Below, piece by piece: positions 12,225 to 23,651 of a DNA stretch of 64,000 nucleotides. Positions within the stretch are counted from its first letter, which is position 1. The number at the start of each line of letters is the position of its first letter. A model generated the notes under the pieces. The model ran no database searches, was not told the DNA's origin, and saw only the letters and a program-made list of their open reading frames with translations. The stretch is taken from positions 10,354,001 to 10,418,000 of the forward strand of contig NC_043002.1 of assembly GCF_006345805.1 (NCBI RefSeq). The letters are read 5' to 3'. The stretch comes from Octopus sinensis. Its lineage: Eukaryota. The translations under genes and the position numbers were made by a program.

Positions 12225-12690
12225 GGAAACGGCTGGAGTCTTCTTATGGGCTCATAATGATATATCTAGTGATGGTGTCACAATAAAAACACTGGTAATT
12301 GCGCAACCTGATAATCGCTACCTCATATGAGTGACAATTGAAAAACAAAATATTGTGAGTAACGGTGGTAATGAAACTGAAACCAATGATGGTGACAGTG
12401 TTACACCCGGTAGGCTCAGAGATTCTGATCCTCCTCCAGCCTGTCGATATCCAGAAAGGGACCACCACACACAGCGTATATGGTGCAAGCAAATTAATGC
12501 TGAGGTCATGGAGTGTTACTACCTGAGCAGCCCGGTAGATGAAAATGGTGTTCAAATTAGGGGTTGCCGACAACGTATGTATGATCATTGGAGAGAAAAG
12601 GGATTGTTTCAACTCACGCAACGTAGACTAACTGATCAAACTAGAGCAATAAGGAAAAATTGTTGGTTCACAGAAGTAGAGGTAACACTT
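12225..12690 (+). mobile_element. 5' portion of an R4/Dong-like LINE (lineage E)
   Basis: RIWCKQINAEVMECYYLS...GCRQRMYDHWREKGLFQLTQRRLTDQTRAIRKNCWFTEVE matches the N-terminal Myb-like region of this clade. Confidence 0.75.
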
Positions 12691-12955
12691 CTAAATTTTC
12701 GAGCACCTTCCGGAGTATTCGAGCGGTTGCAAGCAGTGTTGTTTTTTGTATGTGCCCCATCCTTATTGCAACTCCTATTAGTTCCACATATTTCTCAAGA
12801 TTTTTGCTTAATGTTCCCAGGGCTCCGACAATTATTGGTACTACTGCATAACTTCCCAAGTTAACCTGTCATGTCTATCGTCTTATTTTTTTCTTGTCGC
12901 ATTCCTTGTTGTCAGCTGCGCATGCAATATCTATGCTCCAGCATAGTTATCAATA
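12680..12955 (-). mobile_element. 3' end of an R4/Dong-like LINE, opposite orientation
   Basis: Minus strand VPIIVGALGTLSKNLEKY...IQKTTLLATARILRKVLE, the conserved C-terminus of REL elements. Confidence 0.8.
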
Positions 12956-12959
12956 TCTC

Positions 12960-13560
12960 CATCACCACCACCACCACCACCACCACCACCATTGTTTTAG
13001 GGAAAAGTTGGATAGCAGTTTGGTGATAGATCATACTGTACAGGTCTATAAATAGATTCGGCTGATGATGGGGAGGTCAGCTGTAGAAACAAAGGACTTT
13101 CACACTCTTTAGGTCAGCAGAGGTCAAATGTGCTTACTACAACCAGTGGATACTGGGAACGCTGCCTTGAAAAGCAATTCAACCTGTTCTATTTGTAATT
13201 ACTGGTAGAAAAAAAAAACAATAATAATAATGCACACACACACACACACACACATATGTATATACACACACATATAATACGATATTCACGTCGTTGAATT
13301 TTTCAATTTTTGAATTCAATTGTGTTGTTGCAAAAAAAGTGTGTTTGCGTATTACAGTTTTAACGTTTTCTTGAGATGTTTGTTTGTCTGTCCAGTTGGG
13401 GAATACAATAGGACTTTTGCAATGAAAAGAATGTTTACATTTTCGAACACTAGGGAGAGTAAAAAAAGGAAAAGAAAACAAGTTGTAGATAGTAAAGTTT
13501 CAAGATTTACTAAATATGGTGTTTTGTATGACCTCACAGAGATAAATGGTAGTGTTCTTA

Positions 13561-13565
<5 letters not shown>
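12960..13565 (-). repeat. Right arm of large inverted repeat
   Basis: Inverted match to 11499-12160, roughly 85% identical by eye. Confidence 0.92.
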
Positions 13566-13639
<74 letters not shown>

Positions 13640-13699
13640 AAGAAATAATAATAATAATAATAAAGGTTTCACATTTTGGCATAAGGCCATCAATTTCTG

Positions 13700-14020
13700 T
13701 TGATTGACAGAAAGCTTAATGGCCTGAAAGTCATAGACCAGGGGAAAAGGAGACGATATTAATGAGTAGCAAAGAGCAGCAGTTCGAGGAAAGAAACTAT
13801 CAGAATAAAAGGAGTTATAATGAAAAAGAGGCTGAACAGAAAAGCTATGCGCCTGAGAAGAGAAGCGAGTGATGCGTTTGAAGGTCTTGGCATGATGCAA
13901 GACCAGAAATTTCGTCAGACCAATGTCTATGGAAATATTATAGAAAAGATACAACGGTGTTAAATTTCGATGATAAACCAAAGACTCCAACCGAATAGAA
14001 GAAATATGAAGACTCACCAT
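13700..14020 (-). mobile_element. 3' end of a Jockey/CR1-L2-group LINE ORF2
   Basis: HRNLTPLYLFY...AHSFSV...YSDSFFPRTAALCYSL..SPFP..YDFQAIKLSVN resembles the post-RT tail (SFFPRT..LWNSLP...F..YNL..FK) of APE LINEs. Confidence 0.7.
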
Positions 14021-14024
14021 ATTA

Positions 14025-14480
14025 ACAAATCGACCGCATGACTGGTATCCGTGCTAGTGGAGTGCTAAGAGCAACATTCGAGTGTGATCGTTGCCAGGGC
14101 CGGTGGCACGTAAAAAGTACCATTCGAACGTGATCGCTACCAGCGTCGCCTTACTAGCACTTGTGCCGGTGGTACGTGAAAAACAACATTTGAGTGAGGG
14201 CGTTGCCAGTGCCGCTGGACTGGCTCCTGTGCTGGTGACACGTAAAAACGCCATTTGTGTATGGCCGTTACCAGTACCGCCTGACTGGCCCTCGTGCCGG
14301 TGGCACGTAAAAGCACCCACTACACTCTCGGAGAGGTTGGTTTTAGGAAGGGCATCCAGCTACTCTGCCAGATCAGATTGGAGCCTGGTGCAGCCATTTG
14401 GCTCGCCAGTCCCCAGTCAAACCGTCCAACCTATGTCAGCATAGAAAGCGGACGTTAAACGACGACGATGATGATGATGA
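14025..14480 (+). mobile_element. SINE body with internal ~60 bp tandem repeats and RTE-like 3' tail
   Basis: Repeated GCCGGTGGCACGTAAAA units, a central TTAGGAAGGGCATCCAGC motif, and a tail GAAAGCGGACGTTAAACGA(TGA)n. Confidence 0.75.
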
Positions 14481-16080
14481 TAAAGTTAAGACACTCAGAG
14501 GAGGCCCGTCCCAAAGATGTCAGTAATATTGAATGCAAGGTCGAACTGCTTCTTCATAGATATTACGGAGGCACACTGCATAATGAAGGGTATTCATGTA
14601 TTTTTCTAAGTTAATGTATTTTTCTAAACCAACCACTAAAAATAACTGAAAGCTGACTACATCAGATATTCTAAATAAAGTAGCAACATCAGATACTATA
14701 CATTGATATTAAGCTCCCTGTGAAGCTAATTTACCATGCCATTTTAATGTCTGTTTCATCTAATTTATGGACTCAACTAGATAATCGTTAATGAATTTTT
14801 GCATAGATCTTCTATGAAAGTAGTCTTTATAATACCCATGTGTATATTATGAATTAGTACTATAAGTTCTCGTGATTCATAGATTAGTATTTTTAGTGAG
14901 CTTTTCCGGATGTTGAAATCGAATGGGTTTATGTTGAGCCTGTGGCTCACTTCCAGTTTAGTACTCGTTGTGTGATAGGCAAATAATATTTTAGAATTGG
15001 ATATCAATATCTGAATTGAACAATTATTTTCTAAATATACCTTCAGGAATTGTGGCGCGTTTAGTATACAACATCATTATAGAAACAATGAAATGTTCTT
15101 AACGGAGTTATCAACTTCGCAGCTCAATGTTTGATTATATTGTAATTTTGTTATATATTATCTAAAGTTTTCATTAACATTTCATTAAGAATGTATAATA
15201 TTCTGAATATCTTTGAAAATATATTAAATATTTCTGTATATTTATTATCTCATATATTATTAGGCTGTGTATGTACATATATTATATAGATGGGTCGAAG
15301 ACGTTAGACAGGCGACAGTTGTATCTATCTCAGGATTCAGTTTTGTTTTCACCTGCATTGTAAACAATAGTTTTGTTGTGCAGAGAATTATATATGTAAA
15401 TAAGGAAATGAATCTGAAATAAGAGATGAGATGTGGAGGTTCGAAAAATTCTTTGACTCCCTCACTATTATACTTTTTATAATATTAAATTAGAATCAAT
15501 TAAACCAGCAATTAGAAGTGCAAATCATTTTGAGTTATTTGGTTATAACACGCCGTGTAGTTACTGTTAACTATTGTAGTCATTTTGGTTAAGGAAAATG
15601 AAATTACCGTAGGGGACTTGTTCTAAACTCGAGTAAATCATTTGCAGATGATATATCACAAAGGACGCTATCGAACATATGACGAGATTCAAAAGACTGT
15701 GTGCTATACTTTTCTCCTGAAGACGGATTTCTCTTTATAAGTGTGCATGATACTGTGTAATTGCGCGTATGAAGCAAGTGCGTACTATACATATATTCGT
15801 ATATACATGTACACGCACGATCACACACACACACGCCCACATACACACGTCCACATACACAGCCTCCTTCTGCACAAACGCCCCCCCACACACGTCCCCT
15901 CCTCACAAACATACACGTGCATGCATATCTTTTATACTGTACTAGTTTCAGTCATTGGATTGGGGCCATGCGGAAGCACCACCTAGAAGGGCTTAGTCGA
16001 TCAAAGTCACCCCACCACTTATGCTTCGTATATATATATATACATACACACACACACAACACCACACACACACACAACAC

Positions 16081-16167
<87 letters not shown>

Positions 16168-16654
16168 ATATATAATATATATATATTTAAGTAGTTCAAT
16201 GAATTATCCTAGTATGGATAATTCGGTTAACCGATACCCGGGTAGCAAATTCACGTCAGAAAAACACGGTTGAAGCTACATGCCAAGTGCAGAGATCACG
16301 TGGTTTCGTGTGGAAATTTGTGTGTTTTTTTTTAATACAAATAAATGAATGAATGGAGTTGAACGACGTTATATACAGTTATATACATACACACACATAG
16401 GCACTCAATCTCATTAGAAAAAGCAAACAACAATACATCACCATTCATATGGCTTGCAGCCTGTCACCTTCCTATTCTTAGATCTCTCCCCTTCCAACCT
16501 TGTTTGAACTCTTGAACTTTCTAGAATCTTCTACATTCAACCGTTTTTGACGTCACTGCTTAAACGGAATATTTTAAAGAAACACTCATTATCGCTATGG
16601 ACTCCGTGTGGGCAGTCATCTAAAAGTTTTTGTTCATCATGATGCTGACATAAG

Positions 16655-16753
16655 TTCCTTGTCTTTCCTGATGAGAAGGCGGCATAATGCACCCCTTATT
16701 CCTTCGAAATTAGGAATATGCAGTCTTCGAAACATATGTCGAGAATAAAGGAA
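16655..16753 (+). ncRNA. Type I hammerhead ribozyme (PLE-type), enlarged stem II
   Basis: Stem I TTCCTT..CTTTC / GAGA..AAGGAA; core CTGATGA 16668-74; stem II GAAGGC/GTCTTC enclosing a TATTCCT/AGGAATA hairpin; GAAAC 16729-33; stem III AC-ATAT-GT; cleavage triplet GTC 16738-40. Confidence 0.8.
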
Positions 16754-16793
16754 TTTTGTTAAATCGTCGTTCAACTCCGTTCTTTCATTTATT

Positions 16794-16843
<50 letters not shown>

Positions 16844-16846
<3 letters not shown>

Positions 16847-17990
16847 GTGGGGAAGCAAAACTAGGAAGATTATAGATAATTCACCAAATCGTTTATATTA
16901 CAACAACCGGCGACCTAACATAAATATATTTTGATACAAGTTTATAGGGGTATAAAGAGACTATTTATTCAGTATGTCTGCCTCCATTCTCCACCACACC
17001 CTTCACACGCCGCCGCCGGAAGGCGTCAAAACTCTTCATGATGAAGTTCTCAGACATGTCCGACTCTTCCCTCAGAATTAGCTTAAAATGGTCAAGACTT
17101 GGTTGCGAAGTTCCGTTGGCAGAGTGCTCCAGTTTGCCCCTTACGGCATAGACTAGGGAGTTCAAATCTGGGTGAAAGAAAGCTAGAAGTTGGCAGACCA
17201 AAAGTGGGTGAAGTTGTCTTCACAGAATTTCTGCACTTTCTTCGCCGTATGAGCAGGAAAACCGTCTTGGTTCCACACATAATTACCATTGGGGTATTTA
17301 GACTTCAGCTAAGGCAAAACCTCATACTGCAGGACTTTATAATAAACGTCATCGCCCAACTTTTCCCCAGACTTGAAAAAATGGAGAAGCCACGTTTCCC
17401 AATATCATTTCTGGAGCTGTCGGCTTAATCCTAAAAACGACCTTTACTTCAGAACGTAACTTAGCAATGTACCGGACATTGCGACCTTTTAAAACAGCAT
17501 CAACGGTAAAAATATTTTCATCTGAAAACATTTTGGCAGTTTGTCCATTGTGCTTCAGGTATCAAAAAACATTTTTGGCTTTTCCATGACTTTTGGCTTT
17601 CATTGCATGACTCAATAAGTGTCTCGGGTCTTCATGTATGAACCCAAATGTAAATCCGCGTGTGCAGAATTTCTCATGGTCTTTGGATCAACTTTCATGT
17701 CCATGGAAATTTTCTCATGGGTGTGTTGGGTCATTCAAAATTTTAGCTTTGAGAAATTTAGGAAATCATCATCTCGTTTTTTATCTATGCTTCACTTACT
17801 TGCTTTATCTTGATGCCTCCAATATCCAGCATTCGGCTCTTAAGGTTGCAGACATTACTCACAGAGGCCCCGAAACTCTGAACAATATGTCTAATTGCAA
17901 CCCCGGCACGAAGCAAATCTGCAATGCGCTGTCTTTTGGCTTCTTAAGTGGACATGTTAGATCGTATGACTGGAAATTCTTCTTAAATGA
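16844..17990 (-). mobile_element. Tc1/mariner (DD37D/maT-like) transposon, decayed
   Basis: Minus-strand pieces FSDENIFTVDAVL..RNVRYIAK, HPDLNSLVYAVRGKLE and FDAFRRRRVKGVVENGGRHTE correspond to FSDEK, SPDLNPLD and the C-terminus of maT-type transposases. TIRs not clearly resolved. Confidence 0.85.
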
Positions 17991-18099
17991 ACTCTATATA
18001 CCTCCCCTCCTGAAATAGAAACCAATATTTTAGTATTTATGCTCAGGAATACATGAAAAATAAGGCTTCCAAAATAGCCCAAGATTTGCTTCTCCAGCC

Positions 18100-18134
<35 letters not shown>

Positions 18135-18149
18135 ATATATATAATATTA

Positions 18150-18151
18150 TG

Positions 18152-18182
<31 letters not shown>

Positions 18183-18412
18183 TGGGTGTGTGATGTGGGG
18201 GTTGTTTGTGTGTCTGTGTTTGTCCTCAGCATCGTTGACAACCTATGCTGTTGTGTTTGCGTCCCCGTAACTTAGCTGTTCGGCAAAAGGAACCGATAGA
18301 ATAAGTACAATGCTTAGAAGGAATAAGTCCTGGGGGCGATTTGCTCGACTAAAGGCGGTGCTCCAGCATGGACCGTTGTCAAATGACTGAAACAAGTAAA
18401 AAAGAAAGAGAG
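18150..18412 (+). mobile_element. SINE family A, 3' half
   Basis: Matches the 3' half of family A after the (TG)n tract. Confidence 0.8.
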
Positions 18413-18441
18413 TATATATATATATATACATATATACATAC

Positions 18442-18488
<47 letters not shown>

Positions 18489-18599
18489 AGAAATACTGAA
18501 TTTCTAAATCTCTCGTAGAGACATGGACGGTGGTGGGGCGATACAGCGGTGGTGTACCCCCCTACTGTCACGTTCGTGTTAGATTGACAGCATACAACC

Positions 18600-18654
<55 letters not shown>

Positions 18655-18744
18655 CATGTATGATATACATATATATATATATAGTATGTATATATGTATA
18701 TACCTACATACATATTATATATACATATATATACGTGTATATAT

Positions 18745-18796
<52 letters not shown>

Positions 18797-18836
18797 TATA
18801 TATATATAGGAAAAAAGCAACAAGAATGGATTAAAA

Positions 18837-18924
18837 TCTCGGTACGATCGTTTCGTACGAGGACATCTTTAATAAGCTACAAAAAATGCAGTGAATACAG
18901 ATGGCTCGTACTCGTCAGCCGAAA
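18837..18924 (-). ncRNA. Type I hammerhead ribozyme, inverted copy
   Basis: Reverse complement of the motif at 19898-19983, with core and stems intact. Confidence 0.8.
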
Positions 18925-19897
18925 AAACATCAGAGAATTCCCAAACATCAAAAGGGGTAGGTACAAAAGAGGTTGTAAGATTAGCTGCATTGAAGAAAGT
19001 TCGATTCATGGAGATCCGATGAAATGTTTTAAACTTACAGAATTTATGCATGTCTACATATAGCTCATATTGAATATTTGATCAAGTTGTGTGAAGAAAT
19101 TTTTGGATACAGTCATGCAAAATTTCTGAAAATCCGAGTAAGAGACAAAGTGACTGCCATATCATGTAGAGGAAAGTCTGAGTAAAAGCATAGTGACTAT
19201 CGTATCGTGTAGAGGAACAGATTGATATTGAAATTTACAAGAATCGCAGATAAGTTCGATTTTTGGAGATCCGATGAAAAAGTCTTGAACTTACAAAATA
19301 TGTGTATGTCCTTATAGTTTATAATCCAGTTTTGTGAAGAGATTTAGGGTACAATCATGCGAAAAATATCAGGGAATCCGAATGAGAAGCAAAATGACAG
19401 TCTTATATTGTAGCGGTTCAGGTTGTTAATGAATTTTACAAGAATCACAGAAAGAGGAAGAAGGAAGTAGAAATTTAATCAGTTACTGCTATTTAAGCTA
19501 TAGTAGAAATAGATTTACAACGGCAAAGTACCCTAATGATATTAAGAATATTAATAAAAACATAACAGAGAATACTTATAATAATGGTAAAATATACTTG
19601 GATAAAACTAGCAAACATGCTAACAGGAACATTAATAAATACAAAGAATCTGATGATAGTACGATTAATTCTAATAACCCTAACTCTAGTGGGAAAAATC
19701 CTAGCAGCCCTAACTCTAATTCTAAGAAATTTAATAAGAAAGACATAATATGGCTAAACATCCCTTTTAACTGTGCGGTTTCATCAGATATTCAGGGTAG
19801 ATTCAAAACAATTCTAGAAAAAAATTTCCCATCCTCTCATAGATATAATGGTAGGTTGTACCTACCCCTTTTGATGTTTGGGAATTCTCTGATGTTT

Positions 19898-19983
19898 TTT
19901 CGGCTGACGAGTACGAGCCATCTGTATTCACTGCATTTTTGTAGCTTATTAAAATGTCCTCGTACGAAACGATCGTACCGAGA
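19898..19983 (+). ncRNA. Type I hammerhead ribozyme (PLE-type), enlarged stem II
   Basis: Stem I TTTCGG/CCGAGA; core CTGACGA 19904-10; stem II GTACGAG/CTCGTAC; GAAAC 19966-70; stem III AC-GATC-GT; cleavage triplet GTA 19975-77. Confidence 0.85.
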
Positions 19984-20289
19984 TTTAATCCATTCTTGTT
20001 GCTTTTTTCCTATTGTAATCACCCCACTTGTCGTATGGTTAACACCATATAGATTTCCGGTGCATCCTAGTTAAGGACCATATTCATGTGAACTCTTTAG
20101 AATTCACTACAATCTCAATTACTTAACCGTATATATATATATATATATGGATGGAAAGTAGCTAGGCATTAGAAATTGCTTATAGAATTTCTAGTATCTC
20201 TGACGTCATGACAAAAACATTTTTTGAATAAACAAAACTAATGAGGATTCATTACTTTTATATTGTCTTATTTCTTATTTCTTCTTCCC

Positions 20290-20750
20290 CAGATGACCGG
20301 TCGCTTGACTGTTCAGGAGCGTCCTAAGATAGCAGCACGATATGAAATGTAGAATTCCTTTGTTTTGTTTCAGAGTTGCTGGCGTGCATGGTTTCCATAA
20401 GCTGGCAACACTACGTCCGCAGACAATAAAGGGTGTTATGCAAAGCTGATGTCCACGGGCTTTGGAAACGATGAAAGAAAAAGTAGACGTCCATCCATTT
20501 CCCAATTTGAGGAGATGTGGCACCAGTGCACGACATGATTAATCGCAGCCCGCAAAAATCAACATTCAAGCAGTTCGTGAAAGTGGACTAACAAGACACA
20601 ATACGTAAAGTGTTGCATAAAGAATTGAATTTTTCTTACGTGCAGGAGCTAAAACTCGAACACTGTGACTGCAGAAGTCCATGTGATTTTTACCTGTGGA
20701 GTTACACAGAAGAAGAGGTCTACAAGACAAAACCTCGTTGGATTTGGAGA
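20290..20750 (+). mobile_element. Internally deleted Tc1/mariner-type transposase relic
   Basis: MTGRLTVQE..KIAARYE..., SPQKST, TIRKVLHKELNF..YVQELK, joined directly to PCDFYLWSYTEEEVYKTKPR (SPDLTPCDFFLWG motif). Confidence 0.75.
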
Positions 20751-20772
20751 CACGGATCAGGAGGTTCTCATT

Positions 20773-20872
20773 NNNNNNNNNNNNNNNNNNNNNNNNNNNN
20801 NNNNNNNNNNNNNNNNNNNNNNNNNNNNNNNNNNNNNNNNNNNNNNNNNNNNNNNNNNNNNNNNNNNNNNNN
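20773..20872. other. Assembly gap (100 N)
   Basis: Run of n. The true size is unknown, so contiguity across it is not guaranteed. Confidence 1.
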
Positions 20873-21055
20873 TGCGTATGAATGAATACTCACACACCTG
20901 TGTATTCATATTTTCGCTTACACATAATTTGATATGCTTGCCCTTCAGATCCCCTGCATATCTACACATACAAATCCACGTATACTAACTCACAATATTC
21001 TGTCTCCATCTCACTCACTCACTCACTTACTCACTCTATCTCTTTGTCTGTGTGT

Positions 21056-21091
<36 letters not shown>

Positions 21092-21206
21092 TAAATTATA
21101 TTATTCGCACAGTTACAAAGAAATACTGAAAATCATAATGCATTAAATGTTCATTTTACTCCAGATGTGTGACATATTTTGTAGTTGTACATATCTGAAG
21201 ACTGGG

Positions 21207-21886
21207 TAAGGCGATGAGTTGGCAGAAACGTTAGCACGCCGGGCGAAATACTTAGCGCTATTTCGTCTGTCTTTACGTTCTGAGTTCAAATTCCGCCGAG
21301 GTCGACTTTATCTTTCATCCTTTCGGGGCCGATTAAATAAGTACCAGTTACGCACTGGGGTCGATATAGTCGACTTAATCCGTTTGTCTGTCGTTGTTTG
21401 TCCTCTCTGTGTTTAGCCCCTTGTGGGTAGTAAAGGAATAGGTATTTCGTCTGTCTTTACGTTCTGAGTTCAAATTCCGCCGAGGTTGACTTTATCTTTC
21501 ATCCTTTCAGGGCCGATTAAATAATTACCAGTTACGCACTGGGGTCGATATAAACGACTTAATTCGTTTGTCTGTCCTTGTTTATCCTCTCTGTGTTTAG
21601 CCCCTTGTGGGTAGTAAAGAAATAGGTATTTCGTCTGTCTTTACGTTCTGAGTTCAAATTCCGCCGAGGTTGACTTTATCTTTCATCCTTTCGGGGCCGA
21701 TTAAATAAGCACCAGTTACGCACTGGGGTCGATATAATCGACTTAATCCGTTTGTCTGTCCTTGTTTGTCCCCTCTATGTTTAGCTCCTTGTGGGTAATA
21801 AAGAAATAAGAAACGTTAGCACGCTGGGCGAAATGCTTAGTGGTACTTAGTCTAGCTTAAAGTTCTGACTTCAAATTCCGCCGAGG
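21207..21886 (+). mobile_element. SINE family B: one head plus three tandem 184-bp bodies plus a partial fourth
   Basis: Body unit starts at ~21257, 21441 and 21625, each ending AAAG(A/G)AATA. Confidence 0.92.
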
Positions 21887-22279
21887 AAGTATATAACGGA
21901 TTTGATGTTATAGTCTATATAATATGCTGTAAATCACTCCCATAATAGTTATTTTTAAAAATATTGTGCTCAAGAACCAAATACCTTGGTTGAAAGCAAA
22001 TGAGACACGTCTATATCTGGTATAATTGATGTAAACTAAAACCACATTTCTTATGCAGTTTTGGATTGCTTCAGCAAAACTCTCGTCATATATAAACGGA
22101 TATTATGGAGTGAATATAATTTAGCTAAGATTGGCAAAATATTTGGTGAAATGTGTTCAAAGATATGTCTATAGAAAGTACCGTTGGAAACAGCTAGGCA
22201 TTCATCATCTTTCCAGAAGAAGTGTTAGCTGTGTAAGATTATAGGCGCAGGCGTTGCTGTGTTGGACAAGTTCTTCTAT

Positions 22280-22500
22280 GATATCCTCTGGTCGACTAGA
22301 ACCTACATTAGCTACTACGCACATTTTTCTTCTCTCCTTGTTTCTCTCCTTGCTCCTTGTTTTTTTTCTGCGTATCTTTCTGTAGAAGAGCGTAGGCTCG
22401 AAACGTAAAAGACTTTTTCTATTCCTGGGCGCTATACTAATACATCTGTTTGTTTGTACACCACCTGCCTTCGTTTTTTGTTTATTTCGTAAACTTTCCT
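22280..22500 (+). mobile_element. PLE pseudo-LTR remnant with mutated minimal hammerhead (22375-22412)
   Basis: TCTTT-CTGTAGA-A-GAGC(gtag)GCTC-GAAAC-GT-A-AAAGA. The stems are intact but the core deviates from CTGANGA. Related pieces occur at 27635-27690 and 44345-44470 (minus). Confidence 0.6.
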
Positions 22501-22524
22501 TTTATATATATATATATAAACTTC

Positions 22525-22560
<36 letters not shown>

Positions 22561-22561
<1 letters not shown>

Positions 22562-22652
22562 TTTATTTAAAAGCAGCAGAAAATTCAACAAACCAGTTAC
22601 TCTGACTGTTTCCCAACAGGTTTTGTTGAATTTTCTGCTGCTTTAAATAAAG
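22561..22652. repeat. Hairpin, ~34 bp arms, next to (TA)n
   Basis: CTTTATTTAAAAGCAGCAGAAAATTCAACAAACC ... GGTTTTGTTGAATTTTCTGCTGCTTTAAATAAAG. Confidence 0.9.
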
Positions 22653-22725
22653 CATATTACTCTACACTGTATTTGAGTACTCTTTTTTCCACCTTGTTTC
22701 AATTTATGTGTTTACTTTACTCCGG

Positions 22726-22793
<68 letters not shown>

Positions 22794-22804
22794 TGTGTGG
22801 TGTA

Positions 22805-23186
22805 TATAGGCTTTGGTTGGCCTTTCCTTTGCTGGACTCAAATCTCATTTACGGAACCCATGGAAAACGAACCACCACCAAATGGTCTGCCTATATGTCT
22901 GTGCACACCTTTCAATGCAATGTATGCTAGAGGATTTGCAAATCTAAAGACATACAGGCAGAATAGTTGGTGGATGTTCGTTTTCCGCAAAAGCCTCAAA
23001 AGACATTTTAGGATCCGCAAAGGTCAGAACTTATCTGCAGCTCTTGGTGGTCCAAATCGGATATGCAATCTATGTGGCTGTCTTTTCAAACCATTATCTA
23101 GTTTTAAAAGCCACATCAGATGTAATGATGGCTTTAAGGTCTAGGTAAAGGAGGTGGTCAAACTCTTCATAAGGAGTAGACAACTA

Positions 23187-23190
<4 letters not shown>
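22805..23190 (+). mobile_element. 3' end of an RTE-like LINE with C2H2 zinc-finger-like tail
   Basis: Degenerate C-x2-C...H motifs (FQCNVC; LKRHFRI; CNLCGCLFKPLSSFKSHIR), then a short 3' UTR running into (TA)n. Clade assignment is tentative. Confidence 0.5.
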
Positions 23191-23225
<35 letters not shown>

Positions 23226-23229
<4 letters not shown>

Positions 23230-23634
23230 GCAGGAGTGACTGTGTGGTAAGTAGCTTGCTAACCAACCACATGGTTGCGGGTTCAGTCCCACTGCGTGGC
23301 ATCTTGGGCAAGTGTCTTCTGCTATAGCCCCGGGCCGACCAATGCCTTGTGAGTGGATTTGTAACGAAACTGAAAGAAGCCTTTCGTAATATGTTATATA
23401 TATATATATAATATATATATATGTGTGTGTGTCTGTGTTTGTACCCCTAGCATTGCTTGACAGCCGATGCTGGTGTGTTTACGTCCCCGTCACTTAGCGG
23501 TTCGGCAAAACAGACCGATAGAATAAGTACTGGGCTTACAAAGAATAAGTCCCGGAGTCGATTTGATCGACTAAAGGCGGTGCTCCAGCATGGCCGCAGT
23601 CAAATGACTGAAACAAGTAAAAGTGTAAAAGAGT
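23226..23634 (+). mobile_element. SINE family A, full length
   Basis: GGCGCAGGAGTGACTGTGTGGTAAG head through the GTAAAAGAG tail. Confidence 0.9.
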
Positions 23635-23651
23635 ATATATATATATATATA

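Larger units (their letters stand above)
18807..20130 (+). mobile_element. Penelope-like element remnant with inverted pseudo-LTR
   Basis: ORF piece KKDIIWLNIPFNCAVSSDIQGRFKTILEKNFPSSHRY (RT to GIY-YIG linker typical of PLEs). 18807-18966 is a near-perfect inverted copy of 19856-20013. Bounded by (TA)n. Confidence 0.85.

Noticed and set aside
13060-13130. CTGATGA...GAAAC in the inverted-repeat arms (also 12010-12085 on minus)
   Set aside because: Stem I cannot form and stem II is out of register, so this is not a hammerhead.
15604-15760. Open minus-strand stretch SCTLIKRNPSSGEKY...FRTSPL as a candidate downstream exon
   Set aside because: It lacks the C/W module pattern, has a poor acceptor, and does not fit phase 2 from the nearest AG.
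20885-20975. Minus-strand TGTGTAGATATGCAGGGG (CVDMQG) resembling a continuation of exon 4
   Set aside because: It is followed by a stop, and there is no acceptor in the right phase or polypyrimidine tract. It is probably chance.
21257-21808. Regularly spaced repeats suggestive of a CRISPR array
   Set aside because: These are contiguous 184-bp SINE bodies without unique spacers, in a eukaryotic context with no cas genes.
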